Notes: generated by a model from the sequence alone, not told the origin. 64,000 nucleotides of DNA from an uncultured Clostridia bacterium (GCA_934777505.1 CAKVNM010000004.1:14527-78526), one strand, 5' to 3'; shown: positions 38,568-49,107, counted from the stretch's first letter. Program-made: numbers and translations.

Positions 38568-39653
38568 ATGAAAAATATTATTTTAACAGCCGACCGTCCA
38601 ACAGGCAGACTTCATATCGGTCACTATGTTGGGTCTTTAAGAGAAAGAGTAAGACTTCAAAACGAAGGTAACTATGACGAACTTTATGTTATGATTGCAG
38701 ACGCTCAGGCTTTAACCGACAACGCCGACAATCCAACAAAAGTCAGGGAAAATGTTATGGAAGTTATGCTTGACTATTTGTCGGTTGGTCTTGACCCACA
38801 AAAGACAACATTTTTTGTGCAATCTCAAATTTCGGCACTTCCAGAAATCACACTTTACTTTATGAACCTTGTAACGCTTCCAAGACTGCTTAGAAATCCA
38901 ACCGTAAAAAACGAAATCAAGGCTCGTGGTTTTGACAACTCAGGCGTTCCAGTTGGCTTTGCAAACTACCCAATCAGTCAAGCAGCAGACATTGCAACAT
39001 TCAAGGCAAACTTAATTCCAGTTGGAATTGACCAAGAACCAATGCTCGAACAAACCAGAGAGATTGTTAGAAGTTTTAACCGCACATATAACACCGATTG
39101 TTTGGTGGAATGTAAATCAATCCTAGCCAAAAACGAATCTTGTCTTCGTTTGCCAGGGACAGACGGCGATGCAAAAATGAGCAAATCGCTTGGAAATTGC
39201 ATTTATCTTAGTGACGAACCAGAAGTTATCAAAAAGAAAATCAATTCTATCAAAACTTTCCCAAGACAAATCACGGAAGCGGGAATTTTGGAAAATAATG
39301 TGCTATTTATTTATCTTGACGCATTCTGCTTGGACGAACACTTCAAAATGTTCTACCCAGAATTTAACAACCTTGACGAATTAAAATCTGCATATCAAAA
39401 AGGTGGCATTGGCGATGGAAAAATCAAGAGTTTCCTAAACGAAATCATGCAAAGCACCTTAAAACCAATCAGGGAAAGACGAAAAGAATATCAAAAGCAA
39501 ATTCACTCAATTATGCAAATTTTAAAGGACGGAACAGAAAAGGCAAACAAAGTTGCAAATCAAACTTTAAGCGAAATCAAAAAAGCAATGTGCATTGACT
39601 ATTTTGATAGCGACACCTTTGAAAAAGAACAAATCAAAAAGTTCGGCAACTAA
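38568..39653 (+). CDS. trpS: Tryptophan--tRNA ligase
   Basis: TGRLHIGHY (HIGH), KMSKS, and a size of about 360 aa. Confidence 0.85.
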   Translation: MKNIILTADRPTGRLHIGHYVGSLRERVRLQNEGNYDELYVMIADAQALTDNADNPTKVRENVMEVMLDYLSVGLDPQKTTFFVQSQISALPEITLYFMNLVTLPRLLRNPTVKNEIKARGFDNSGVPVGFANYPISQAADIATFKANLIPVGIDQEPMLEQTREIVRSFNRTYNTDCLVECKSILAKNESCLRLPGTDGDAKMSKSLGNCIYLSDEPEVIKKKINSIKTFPRQITEAGILENNVLFIYLDAFCLDEHFKMFYPEFNNLDELKSAYQKGGIGDGKIKSFLNEIMQSTLKPIRERRKEYQKQIHSIMQILKDGTEKANKVANQTLSEIKKAMCIDYFDSDTFEKEQIKKFGN

Positions 39654-39725
39654 AAAAGTTAATGTTCTTGAAGATATAAAAAAATGGTCAAAACTGACCA
39701 TTTTTTGTTGCTTATTGAGTTTTGC

Positions 39726-40325
39726 TTATTCGCCCATGTCAAGCGGAACTTCGGCATAGCCTTGTGGGAAGTGGCAGAGCGGACATTCCTTCCATGCTTC
39801 CTTTGCGGTGTGTTCAAATCCACATTGACCACATTTCCACTTTGTGCTTTTTGGCATTTTGTAAAGTTTTTTAGACTTCATTTTGTCGCATAATTGTTTT
39901 AACAAATTGCTGTGGCAGTTTTCCACCGTGGCAACAAGTTTGAACGAGTGTGCAATGTCGTCATAGCCTTCGTCTTGGGCAATCTTTGCAAAAGCGGGAT
40001 AGATGTTTTCAAAAAGTTCATACTCGTTTTTTGAGTGATACTTAAAGTTTTCACAAAGCGTTCCACATTCAAAAGGGTAGCCGTAGGTCATGTCGATGTT
40101 ATTTTCCACTTTTTTGGAATTTTGTTGCAAATAATCCCAAAAAATTTTTGCGTGGCTCATTTCGTGTTTTGCGAGTGTTTTTAGGGTGGTCTTAACAAAT
40201 TCTAGTTCTTCCGCTTCGGCTTGCTTTGCCATAAACTGATATTTTGCTCCTTCCATGCACTCGGCACTAAAACTTCGTGCCAAATTAACTTTTGTTTTGC
40301 TTTTTTCAAAATCAACTTTGCTCAT
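39726..40325 (-). CDS. rbr: Rubrerythrin
   Basis: Ferritin-like di-iron domain (E..H pairs) plus a C-terminal rubredoxin-like CGQCG ... CPLC. Confidence 0.85.
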   Translation of the reverse strand: MSKVDFEKSKTKVNLARSFSAECMEGAKYQFMAKQAEAEELEFVKTTLKTLAKHEMSHAKIFWDYLQQNSKKVENNIDMTYGYPFECGTLCENFKYHSKNEYELFENIYPAFAKIAQDEGYDDIAHSFKLVATVENCHSNLLKQLCDKMKSKKLYKMPKSTKWKCGQCGFEHTAKEAWKECPLCHFPQGYAEVPLDMGE

Positions 40326-40425
40326 AAAAATCTCCTTATTTGATATTTTGTAATGATTGCCTAATTTGTAAATTTTTAATCATAATTTGTTTTATAATTT
40401 CAAAAAATGTAATATAATAGCCTAT

Positions 40426-41259
40426 ATGAAAAAGTTTTTTTGCGTACTATGTGTTGCTATTTGTGGATTACTTTGCTTTGCAGGTTGTGCAGAAGTAAAG
40501 TATTCCGTTTTGATGCGAACAGACGGCTCTATCGTTCAGGGATTTCAAATCAATCTTGACAAGTCAGCCATTGAGTCTGCGGGCTATAACTATGACGATG
40601 CCAAACAGCATATCGAAAATCAACTTGCTAGTGTTAGGTCAAGACAGATTTTGCGAATTGCATCTTTCAAAAACAGCATCATAAACCCAGATGCAATCTC
40701 TATTGAGTGTTATGTGCAAGAACTTAGCAACCAGTCGCTTTATATCTGCATAGAATTTGACTCAGCAAGAACATTTAATGCATACAACAGGTTTACTAGC
40801 GGAACAACGGAAGAACCAGCAGAAGATGACGAAATACTAGAAGAACACTTTTTCTATGTTAAACACATTACTCGTTCGACCACTGCGTATGCAGACCTTG
40901 CAAACAATCCTTTTGCACAAGATATGCTTGAATATTTTGACGGTTCAACAGAAGGCACAACGGCATTTACTTTGGACGATTGTACTTATGAATTTTACTA
41001 CGGAATGCCATCTTCAAAAGTCTACTCCAATGCAGACAAGGTGTTCTATCAAGACGGAATAAAAATTCATTGCTGGCAGTTTTCGGCTAGCCAAACAGAT
41101 AACGAAATCGAAATCTACACCATAGAAGTCAAGCCAGTTAGTTGGTACTTGCTTGCTCTTGCGTTAACTCTTGTGCTAGTTTTGGTGTTACTCGTTGTTA
41201 TTCTAATTCAAAAAAAATTCAAAAAAAATACAAATACTATTGCAGATGAGCAAAATTAG
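40426..41259 (+). CDS. Unknown lipoprotein with C-terminal TM segment
   Basis: MKKFFCVLCVAICGLLCFAGC has a lipobox. The C-terminal TM is WYLLALALTLVLVLVLLVVILI. Confidence 0.55.
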   Translation: MKKFFCVLCVAICGLLCFAGCAEVKYSVLMRTDGSIVQGFQINLDKSAIESAGYNYDDAKQHIENQLASVRSRQILRIASFKNSIINPDAISIECYVQELSNQSLYICIEFDSARTFNAYNRFTSGTTEEPAEDDEILEEHFFYVKHITRSTTAYADLANNPFAQDMLEYFDGSTEGTTAFTLDDCTYEFYYGMPSSKVYSNADKVFYQDGIKIHCWQFSASQTDNEIEIYTIEVKPVSWYLLALALTLVLVLVLLVVILIQKKFKKNTNTIADEQN

Positions 41260-41337
41260 TGATATACTTTGCTTTGTAAATAGTTATACTATATTAAAAT
41301 AGGTGCAAAACCTATTTTTATTTGTAAAGGTGGAAAA

Positions 41338-43173
41338 ATGAAAAACGAAAAGATTAGAAACATTGCGATTATCGCCCATGTTGACCATGGCAAAACAAGT
41401 CTTGTTAACGAAATGTTAAAGCAAGGCGGAGTTTTTAGAGATAACCAAGTAGTTCAAGATAGAGTTATGGACTCAGGCGACCTTGAAAGAGAAAGGGGAA
41501 TCACAATTCTTGCAAAAAACACAGCGTGTATGCATAACGGCATTAAGATTAACATTGTCGACACTCCGGGACACGCCGATTTTGGTGGCGAAGTTGAGCG
41601 TTCACTAAAAATGGTAGACGGTGTTTTGCTTGTTGTTGATGCGTTTGAAGGACCAATGCCACAAACAAGATTCGTTCTTGAAAAGGCTCTTGCATTGAAC
41701 CTAAAAGTTATCACTGTTATCAACAAGATTGACCGTCCAGATGCAAGAATTAAAGAAGTTGAAGACGAAATTTTGGAACTATTCATGGATTTGAATGCTA
41801 GTGACGAACAACTCGACAGCCCAGTGGTTTACTGCTCGGCTAGAACAGGTCAAAGCAGTTTGAATAGAGATAAAATGGAAGACTCGTTTGTTCCACTATT
41901 CGACAAGATTATTGAGTACATTCCAGCACCAGAAGGCAATATTGACGAACCATTTAGAATGCTTGTTTCGTCAACCGAAAACAACGCCTTTGTTGGTAAA
42001 CTTGGAATTGGCAAAATCACAAGCGGTATTGTAAAGAACGGTCAACAAATTGTTTTAACAAACTATCACAAAGAAAAAGCGGACGAAAAATGCAAGATTT
42101 CCAGCGTGTTCCAATTTGAAGGAATGAAGAAAGTTCCAGTGGAAACAGCCGAAGTTGGAGATATCGTTGCTATTGCTGGTTGCGCTAATGTTAGAATTGG
42201 CGACACAATGTGCGCTACCGAAAGAGTTGAAGCACTACCTTTTGTAAAGATTAGTGAACCTAGTGTTGAAATGACATTTAGAGTTAACGATAGCCCATTT
42301 GCTGGCAAAGAAGGCAAGTTTGTTACTAGCCGTCACCTAAGAGAAAGATTGTATCGTGAAGCCGACAGAGATTTGAGTTTGAGAGTAACCGACACCGAAA
42401 CCACCGAAGCATTTAGAGTTTGTGGCCGTGGTGAAATGCACCTTTCAATCTTGATTGAAAACATGAGAAGAGAAGGCTACGAATTTCAAGTTTCAATGCC
42501 AAAAGTTTTGTATCAAATGAGAGATGGCGTTAAGTACGAACCTATCGACTTGCTCGTTGTCGATGTTCCAGCAGACAACATGAACGCTGTTATGTGCAAA
42601 ATGGGAATTAGAAAGGGCGAACTTGTAAACATGACCGCTCACGGAAGCCGTATTAAAATGGAGTTCAAAATTCCAAGTCGTGGACTTTTTGGCTACAAGA
42701 GCGAACTTTTGACAGATACTCGTGGCGAAGGCATTATGAGTTCTGTTCACTTTGGCTTTGAACCATACAAGGGCGACATTGAAAGAAGAACAGTTGGAAG
42801 TTTGATTTCTTACGAAACAGGTGAAAGCATTGTTTATGGACTATTCAACGCACAAGACCGTGGCAAATTGTTTATTGGCCCAAATGTTCCAGTTTATATG
42901 GGCATGGTCGTTGGCGAAAATCCAAAGAACGAAGACTTGGTTGTTAATGTTTGCAAAACAAAACACCTTTCAAACTGCCGTTCAAGTTCTAGTGACGAAG
43001 CATTAAGACTTGAACCACCAAAGATTATGAGTCTTGAAGAAGCAATCGAATTTTTGGGTGATGACGAACTTTTGGAAGTTACTCCAAGGTCGATTAGAAT
43101 TAGAAAAATCATTCTTGACCACCAAATGAGAATGAGAGAAAGAGCAAAAAAACTTGGTCTAAATAGCAAGTAG
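41338..43173 (+). CDS. typA: Translational GTPase TypA/BipA
   Basis: IAIIAHVDHGKTSLV, DTPGHADF, and NKID G-motifs, with an EF-G-like domain order. Confidence 0.9.
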   Translation: MKNEKIRNIAIIAHVDHGKTSLVNEMLKQGGVFRDNQVVQDRVMDSGDLERERGITILAKNTACMHNGIKINIVDTPGHADFGGEVERSLKMVDGVLLVVDAFEGPMPQTRFVLEKALALNLKVITVINKIDRPDARIKEVEDEILELFMDLNASDEQLDSPVVYCSARTGQSSLNRDKMEDSFVPLFDKIIEYIPAPEGNIDEPFRMLVSSTENNAFVGKLGIGKITSGIVKNGQQIVLTNYHKEKADEKCKISSVFQFEGMKKVPVETAEVGDIVAIAGCANVRIGDTMCATERVEALPFVKISEPSVEMTFRVNDSPFAGKEGKFVTSRHLRERLYREADRDLSLRVTDTETTEAFRVCGRGEMHLSILIENMRREGYEFQVSMPKVLYQMRDGVKYEPIDLLVVDVPADNMNAVMCKMGIRKGELVNMTAHGSRIKMEFKIPSRGLFGYKSELLTDTRGEGIMSSVHFGFEPYKGDIERRTVGSLISYETGESIVYGLFNAQDRGKLFIGPNVPVYMGMVVGENPKNEDLVVNVCKTKHLSNCRSSSSDEALRLEPPKIMSLEEAIEFLGDDELLEVTPRSIRIRKIILDHQMRMRERAKKLGLNSK

Positions 43174-43181
43174 TAAAATAT

Positions 43182-43212
43182 AAAAAAACAAGGTTTATTT
43201 GCCTTGTTTTTT
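43182..43212 (+). terminator. Intrinsic terminator after typA
   Basis: Hairpin ACAAGG / CCTTGT followed by a T-run. Confidence 0.75.
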
Positions 43213-43332
43213 GTACAACTAATTAAATCGCAGTTGGCTCAGCAAAATTTGATGAGTTATTTTCACACAAAAATTATTTTTTTTAAGCATTAACTTGATT
43301 TTAGTTTGCATTTATTTTACAATAATAACGAT

Positions 43333-43611
43333 ATGAACAAAAAAGATATAGCAAAAATTTTCAAACGATTTTTCATAACATTTTTGATTTGTTTGCCAAT
43401 CTTTATTTTGATTGGAGTATTTTTGACGGACAAAATTGGAAATGTTTGGACGGTTGTTTTGTTCATTTTGATTGGTGCGATAGCCTTTGTGCTGGAAGAA
43501 ATTTGGCATAAGGCATATCAAAAAAAACAAGAACAAAAACGAGAAAATGCAAGAAATAATCGCAGAACAAGATATATAGAAAACACAGACGAAAAAGTGT
43601 CAAAGGATTAA
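43333..43611 (+). CDS. Small two-TM membrane protein
   Basis: ATG at 43333. There are two hydrophobic segments and a basic C-terminal tail. It ends 2 nt before dnaB. Confidence 0.5.
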   Translation: MNKKDIAKIFKRFFITFLICLPIFILIGVFLTDKIGNVWTVVLFILIGAIAFVLEEIWHKAYQKKQEQKRENARNNRRTRYIENTDEKVSKD

Positions 43612-43613
43612 TC

Positions 43614-45065
43614 ATGGAAAACAAAAAACAAGTTAGACAAATGCCATATAGTATCGAAACCGAGCAAGCAGTTCTTGGTTGTGTTTTGATTAGTGAAAAC
43701 GCAGCAAGTTTTATTTGTAGTGCGTTCAAAGAAGATGCATTTTATTCAATCAGCCACAAAAAAATCTTTGGGGCAATGCTTAAAAACTATCAAGAAAACA
43801 AGCCAGTTGATTATGTTACTGTTTCCAGCACACTAGACAAACAAGGCGAACTTGAAACTGTTGGCGGACTTGAATATCTAACAACCTTAACAAACATTGT
43901 TCCAACTGCTGCAAACTATTCTCACTACACAGACATTTTAAAGCGTGACATGGTTCTAAGGCAACTAATTGACGCAGGCGAAAAGATTGTTCAAAATGCC
44001 TACGAAAGTGACGACATGGTTCAGGCGTTAAAGTTTGCCGAAAAGTTGATTTATGATATTGGCGACAAGCAATCTGTTTCCAGCCTTGAAAAAATTTCAG
44101 GTGCAATCAAAGAAGTTTTGGATAAATTCCAAACAATCAGCCAAGACAAAGATGCCCTTAGGGGACTTAGAACAGGTTTGTATCAACTAGACAAAATGAC
44201 AAACGGGCTTCAAAAAGGCGACCTTATTTTGCTTGCGGCTCGTCCAGCAGTTGGTAAAACTTCGCTCGCAATGAATATTGTTAACAACTGCGCGCTTCAA
44301 GAACACGCCCATGTTGCAATCTTCTCGCTAGAAATGCCAAAAGTTCAACTTGCTCAAAGAAGTTTGTGTTCGCACGCTTTTGTTAGTATGGAAAGAGCCT
44401 TAAAAGGCGAACTAACAAGTGACGAGTGGGCAGCACTTTGGCAGGCAAACAAGGACTTTATGAACGCCGAAATCTATGTTGACGACTCTTCGCTCAACAC
44501 TCCTATTGATATTTTGTCTAAGTGCAGAAAGTTGAAGCGTGAAAAAGGTCTTGACCTTATCATGATTGACTATCTTCAACTTATGACAAGTAGCACAAGC
44601 GGTCGAGATGCAAACCGTCAGCAACAAATCAGCGATATGACTCGTATGTTAAAGATTGCTGCCAAGGAACTAGAAGTTCCAATCATATTGCTTTCTCAAT
44701 TATCTCGTGCAACCGAGCAAAGAACCGACCACAGACCTATGCTTTCCGACCTTAGGGAATCAGGTGCAATCGAACAGGACGCAGATATTGTTATGTTCAT
44801 TCACAATCCAGACAACTACGAAACAGACGAAAGCAAGAAAAAAGGCATTGTGGAATTAATTTTAGCAAAGCACAGAAACGGTCCAGTTGGAACTATCAAC
44901 TTGAAGTTTATCAGGGAACACACAACCTTTACAAACCTAACAAAGGATAGCGAAGCAAGCAGTTTGGAAAAATCCATGCCAAACTTTGACGCTAGCAAAA
45001 TCGACAAGACAAAGTTGCCAGAAATGACTTCGATTGCCGATAGCGATATTACAGATATTTTCTAA
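43614..45065 (+). CDS. dnaB: Replicative DNA helicase (DnaB family)
   Basis: N-terminal PYSIETEQAVLGCVL, Walker A ARPAVGKTS, IMIDYLQLM, and LSQLSRATEQR. Confidence 0.9.
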   Translation: MENKKQVRQMPYSIETEQAVLGCVLISENAASFICSAFKEDAFYSISHKKIFGAMLKNYQENKPVDYVTVSSTLDKQGELETVGGLEYLTTLTNIVPTAANYSHYTDILKRDMVLRQLIDAGEKIVQNAYESDDMVQALKFAEKLIYDIGDKQSVSSLEKISGAIKEVLDKFQTISQDKDALRGLRTGLYQLDKMTNGLQKGDLILLAARPAVGKTSLAMNIVNNCALQEHAHVAIFSLEMPKVQLAQRSLCSHAFVSMERALKGELTSDEWAALWQANKDFMNAEIYVDDSSLNTPIDILSKCRKLKREKGLDLIMIDYLQLMTSSTSGRDANRQQQISDMTRMLKIAAKELEVPIILLSQLSRATEQRTDHRPMLSDLRESGAIEQDADIVMFIHNPDNYETDESKKKGIVELILAKHRNGPVGTINLKFIREHTTFTNLTKDSEASSLEKSMPNFDASKIDKTKLPEMTSIADSDITDIF

Positions 45066-45140
45066 AAATTACTATAATGTGATTAAAAGTTTACAAATTA
45101 GTTATAAATTGATATAATACACATGACGGAGGTGCTTATT

Positions 45141-46313
45141 TTGGAAGCAAATACACTCAAATATCGAAGACAAGATGTTGAGGGCGGTTATATTTACGAT
45201 AAGCAAGATATTGATTATTTTAGAACGACTCAAAGAAATGATGTCATAGACAACTCACTTCTTGGAGATTTTAACATGGTTGGTAGTTATGTTATCAACA
45301 ACAATTTGATTACAGAACTCATTAAAATGAAAAAAATTTTCACCGATTCATATTCAAAAGCAATCTTTTGCGAAAGTTTGAAAAAGTTTGACGGCGAAAG
45401 TTACAAGTTCAGGCTCAATATCATTTCCAATTCCCCAAGCAAGGGAAAAGTTACTGCGTCACTAGAACTTTTGGAAGAAATTTCAAGAACTAATGGCTAC
45501 TATAAAAACACAAACTCCGTTATGATAGACTCAAAAGTGTTCCCAGACACAAAAGATGTCGACAGCAAAATTTTCAAAACATATAACATTCTAAACAAAG
45601 ATAGTATCACAGGAGATGCAAAAATCGAAAACGATTTTGAATTTCCTAACATTATTAGAAGACGCTCCACTTTAAAACAACTAAAAGAAATGGGACTTAA
45701 TATCAACGCAAGAGTGGAAAAAGAACTTTTTGAAAAGCGTATTGAAGTTTTAAAATCCAGTCCAAAATGTGCTCCACTTTTGGAAGAATTTAATCGTCAA
45801 ATATTCCATGTTAAAGACAGATTTTTGGACAAAAACAGTAAGCAGTATTACAGACATTTAAATCAAGTGTTAGACGGTGTGTTTGATATGTACGGCTACT
45901 TGCTTGCGGACGAAAAAGATTTGCTTTCTGCCTACAAAAAGGTTAATTCTGTTTATGCAGAAAGATTAATGAAAACCGATATGATTTTGACCAGCGAGTT
46001 GACCCACAACTTGGAAATGAAAGACAAAAAAGCGTATGAAGAACTTGCAAAATCCACTCCAAAGGTAAAGGTCATCGAGCCAAAGAAAGCCGAAGAAGTC
46101 AAGGAGTCAAAACCAGAGAAAAAAGAAGAAAAGAAGGCGGAACAAGTGGAAATCAAAAAGCCAGTTGCAAAACCTGCTCCAAAACAAGTAAAAGCAAAAA
46201 AATCCAAACTTTCGCTTGGAGAAATCAAGACCGAAGCCAACGGCTTGGAGAAAAAATCCAAACTCACTCAAAACAAGTTTGAAGCATTTGTTGAAGAAGA
46301 AGAAAACTTTTAA
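45141..46313 (+). CDS. Unknown protein with Lys/Glu/Pro-rich C-terminal tail
   Basis: ORF track 45123-46313. GGAGG lies 8 nt upstream of the in-frame TTG at 45141, which favours that start over ATG 45123, which has no RBS. I recognise no family. Confidence 0.5.
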   Translation: MEANTLKYRRQDVEGGYIYDKQDIDYFRTTQRNDVIDNSLLGDFNMVGSYVINNNLITELIKMKKIFTDSYSKAIFCESLKKFDGESYKFRLNIISNSPSKGKVTASLELLEEISRTNGYYKNTNSVMIDSKVFPDTKDVDSKIFKTYNILNKDSITGDAKIENDFEFPNIIRRRSTLKQLKEMGLNINARVEKELFEKRIEVLKSSPKCAPLLEEFNRQIFHVKDRFLDKNSKQYYRHLNQVLDGVFDMYGYLLADEKDLLSAYKKVNSVYAERLMKTDMILTSELTHNLEMKDKKAYEELAKSTPKVKVIEPKKAEEVKESKPEKKEEKKAEQVEIKKPVAKPAPKQVKAKKSKLSLGEIKTEANGLEKKSKLTQNKFEAFVEEEENF

Positions 46314-46466
46314 AAAAAGGCATGAAATTTATTCATGCTTTTTTCTTCCAAAATTTTTAATATATCTTTTCAAATATTCAAAATTACAGTTGACTTTGAC
46401 TTTTTTATATGCTACAATAACTTTGCACTTTTGAAAGGTGCTATTTTTTAGGAGGGAAAAGTACCC

Positions 46467-46616
46467 ATGAGAGACAAAATTACACTCGCTTGCACAGAAT
46501 GTAAGCAAAGAAACTATGATGATATGAAAAACAAGAAAAATACACCAGACCGTATTGAACTTAAAAAGTATTGCAGATTTTGTAAGAAACACACAGTTCA
46601 CAAAGAAACAAAATAA
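46467..46616 (+). CDS. rpmG: Ribosomal protein L33
   Basis: Manual translation gives [49 protein letters not shown] (49 aa, below the ORF-track cutoff). RBS is GGAGGG. Confidence 0.9.
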   Translation: MRDKITLACTECKQRNYDDMKNKKNTPDRIELKKYCRFCKKHTVHKETK

Positions 46617-46633
46617 TAAAAATGAGGTTTAAA

Positions 46634-46966
46634 ATGGCAGAACTTGAAAACAAGGAAGTTTTGGAAGAATCGAGTCCCGAAGTAGTTAGCGAAGCGAAAG
46701 TGGAAAACACTCCAAAGTCAGCAGAAAAAACACCAAAGAAAGATAAGAAAAAAGACAAGAAACCAAAAGAACGCAAGGTTGCTAGAAAGGTTAAAGAAAC
46801 CACTAGCGAACTAAAAAAGGTTTCATGGCTCTCTTTTGGACAAGTTTGCAAAAGAACAGGCATTGTTGTTGGGTTTGTTTTACTCTCAGCATTAGTTTTG
46901 TTTGGAATTGATAAACTTCTCAGTTTGCTTTACGAACTAATCATCAATTCAATTAAGTCTGTATAA
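46634..46966 (+). CDS. secE: Preprotein translocase subunit SecE (long basic N-terminus)
   Basis: Position between rpmG and nusG. The conserved segment is ELKKVSWLSFGQVCKRTGIVVGFVLLSALVLFGID. Confidence 0.85.
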   Translation: MAELENKEVLEESSPEVVSEAKVENTPKSAEKTPKKDKKKDKKPKERKVARKVKETTSELKKVSWLSFGQVCKRTGIVVGFVLLSALVLFGIDKLLSLLYELIINSIKSV

Positions 46967-46980
46967 GGAGGCATTTAGCG

Positions 46981-47538
46981 GTGCAGGATCATTTGGAAGA
47001 AATCAAGCCAGAAGGCAAGGCAAAATGGTATGTTTTGCACACAATCTCTGGTTATGAAAATGTTGCCAAAGAAAATTTGCAAAGAGTAACAGAAAAAAAC
47101 AATTTGCAAAACAGAATCTTTGATATCGTAATTCCAACCGAAGAAGTTATCGAAGAAAAACCAGATGGCAAAAAAGTGCTAGTTGAAAGAAAGTTAATGC
47201 CAACATATTTGCTTGTAAAAATGATTTACGGCGATGACATTTGGCACAGAGTAACAGGCACTCGTGGTATTACTGGTTTTGTTGGTCCAAAAGGTAGACC
47301 TTTGGAACTAACCGAACAAGAAATTATTAATATGCGACTTGAAAAGAACAAAGTAGACACATTAATTCAAGTTGGCGACAAAGTGGAAATTCTTGATGGA
47401 GCGCTCAATGGAATGTTTGGTTCAGTTAGTGAAGTTGAACCAGAACAAAACAGAGCAAAAGTAGTCGTAGAAATGTTTGGCAGAGAAACACCAGTAGATG
47501 TTGCTTTTGACCAAATAAGAAAAATCAATCAGTTTTAA
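46981..47538 (+). CDS. nusG: Transcription termination/antitermination factor NusG
   Basis: KWYVLHTISGYENVAKENL NGN domain and a KOW motif (VGDKVEILDGALNGMFGSV). The GTG start follows AAGGAGG. Confidence 0.9.
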   Translation: MQDHLEEIKPEGKAKWYVLHTISGYENVAKENLQRVTEKNNLQNRIFDIVIPTEEVIEEKPDGKKVLVERKLMPTYLLVKMIYGDDIWHRVTGTRGITGFVGPKGRPLELTEQEIINMRLEKNKVDTLIQVGDKVEILDGALNGMFGSVSEVEPEQNRAKVVVEMFGRETPVDVAFDQIRKINQF

Positions 47539-47573
47539 TTAATCCAAACTTTATTGTTTGTATTAATAAATAG

Positions 47574-47614
47574 TGGGAGAGGTGTAAATCTTTATGCACT
47601 TCGATAAACCACAA
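47574..47614 (+). promoter_or_regulatory. L1-type r-protein leader hairpin, copy 1 (upstream of rplK)
   Basis: TGGGA, then stem GAGGTGTA / TGCACTTC (loop AATCTTTA), then GATAAACCACAA. It is paralogous to the element at 48074-48114. Confidence 0.4.
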
Positions 47615-47643
47615 GACTCTTTTTATAAGAGTAGGAGGAAAAA

Positions 47644-48069
47644 ATGGCAAAGAAAATTAAAGCAGTCATTAAATTACAACTCCCAGGCGGAAAAGCAGTT
47701 CCAGGTCAAAGCGTAGGTTCTGCCCTTGGACCACACGGAATTCAAACCATGGAGTTCTTGAAACAATTTAATGAAAGAACAGCAAATCAGGTGGGAATGA
47801 TTATTCCAGTAATCGTTACAGCATACGAAGATAGAACATTTAGTTTTATCACAAAAACTCCACCAGCAGCAGTTTTGATTAAAAAGGCTTGCGGAATTGA
47901 AACCGCATCTGCAACTCCAAACAAATTGAAAGTTGCAAAAATCACAAAAGAACAAGTAAGACAAATTGCAGAAACAAAAATGACTGACCTTAATGCCGCT
48001 AGCATTGAAGCCGCTATGAGTATGGTAGCAGGTACTGCTAGAAGCATGGGCGTTGAAGTTATTGATTAA
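47644..48069 (+). CDS. rplK: Ribosomal protein L11
   Basis: [18 protein letters not shown] ... [10 protein letters not shown]. Confidence 0.95.
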   Translation: MAKKIKAVIKLQLPGGKAVPGQSVGSALGPHGIQTMEFLKQFNERTANQVGMIIPVIVTAYEDRTFSFITKTPPAAVLIKKACGIETASATPNKLKVAKITKEQVRQIAETKMTDLNAASIEAAMSMVAGTARSMGVEVID

Positions 48070-48073
48070 TTTA

Positions 48074-48114
48074 TGGGAGAGTGAAAATCTTTCATTCACT
48101 CGCTAAAACCACAA
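48074..48114 (+). promoter_or_regulatory. L1-type r-protein leader hairpin, copy 2 (upstream of rplA)
   Basis: TGGGA, then stem GAGTGAA / TTCACTC (loop AATCTTTCA), then GCTAAAACCACAA. Confidence 0.4.
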
Positions 48115-48131
48115 AAAAGGAATTTTAATTT

Positions 48132-48809
48132 ATGAAACAAGGAAAAAGATATTTGGAGGCTAGCAAACTCGTTGACAGGTCAAAAATCTATGAAGTTAAC
48201 GAAGCAATCGACCTAGCACTTCAAACAGCAAAAGCAAAGTTTGATGAAACACTTGAACTTCATGTTAAACTTGGTGTAGATGGCAGAGATGCTAATCAAC
48301 AAGTTCGTGGCGTTGTTGTTTTGCCAAACGGAACAGGTAAAACTGTAAAAGTATTAGTAATTGCAAAGGGTACTCCTGCTGAAATAGCAGAAAAAGCAGG
48401 CGCTGATTATGTTGGTGCAGAAGAAATCATCGCAAAAATCAACGGTGGTTGGACAGATTTTGATGTATGTATCACAACTCCTGATATGATGGGTGTTGTT
48501 GGTCGTGTTGCTAAAATCTTAGGACCTAAGGGCTTAATGCCAAACATCAAGAGTGGCACAGTAACAATGGATGTTGAAAAGGCTATTCACGATGTTAAAG
48601 CAGGTAAGGTTGAATACAGACTAGACAAAAACAACATTGTCCATGTTATCTTTGGAAAAGCATCTTTTGGAACAGAAAAACTTGCTGAAAACTTGTCAGC
48701 AGTTATGGACGCCATTATCAAGGCAAAACCATCAGCAGCAAAAGGTATTTACTTAAAGAGCGTTGCAATCGCAACAACAATGGGACCTGGCATTAGAGTT
48801 AGATATTAA
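48132..48809 (+). CDS. rplA: Ribosomal protein L1
   Basis: [11 protein letters not shown] ... [14 protein letters not shown] ... typical L1 sequence. Confidence 0.95.
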   Translation: MKQGKRYLEASKLVDRSKIYEVNEAIDLALQTAKAKFDETLELHVKLGVDGRDANQQVRGVVVLPNGTGKTVKVLVIAKGTPAEIAEKAGADYVGAEEIIAKINGGWTDFDVCITTPDMMGVVGRVAKILGPKGLMPNIKSGTVTMDVEKAIHDVKAGKVEYRLDKNNIVHVIFGKASFGTEKLAENLSAVMDAIIKAKPSAAKGIYLKSVAIATTMGPGIRVRY

Positions 48810-48906
48810 AAAAAGTCCACTTTTGTAGTGGATTTTTTTATGCAAAAAAATTAGCCATTAAACGAACAAATATATCAATAAACTGTAACAAAGTGTTAAC
48901 AAACTA

Positions 48907-48935
48907 TTGACAAACTATCTAATTTTGTGTATAAT
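48907..48935 (+). promoter_or_regulatory. Sigma-A promoter of rplJL
   Basis: TTGACA (48907-48912), 17-nt spacer, TATAAT (48930-48935) with an upstream TG (extended -10). Confidence 0.65.
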
Positions 48936-48941
48936 CTCTCA

Positions 48942-49107
48942 GTAAATAAATAAAATATCTATGCCAAAGACCGCAAGTGTTGAGTTTTCAACTTAAATTA
49001 TTATAGGCTTGCCGAGGTTAAAGAATATAGTGAACTCTTTTTGTTCCTTATGCTTTTGGCATAAGGAATTTTGTTATTTATAACACATTATAAAAGGAGG
49101 AAATATC
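48942..49107 (+). promoter_or_regulatory. rplJ (L10) leader with attenuator
   Basis: A leader of about 165 nt between the promoter and rplJ. It contains AAGACCGCAAGTG ... GCCGAGG and a strong terminator hairpin just upstream of the RBS. This is the expected position of the Firmicutes L10 leader. Confidence 0.5.
49044..49079 (+). terminator. Attenuator terminator in the rplJ leader
   Basis: 10-bp stem TTCCTTATGC / GCATAAGGAA, 5-nt loop, then TTTTGTTATTT. Confidence 0.7.

Noticed and set aside
47674-48099. Long antisense or alternative-frame ORFs inside conserved genes (for example 47674-48099, 49605-49922, 19683-20186, 9240-9626, 41454-41786, 55992-56462)
   Set aside because: They overlap high-confidence genes (rplK, rplL, vanW-like, Big_2, typA, spoIIE) on the opposite strand or in another frame. 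Their compositions are low-complexity or Cys/Phe-rich, which is typical of shadow ORFs.
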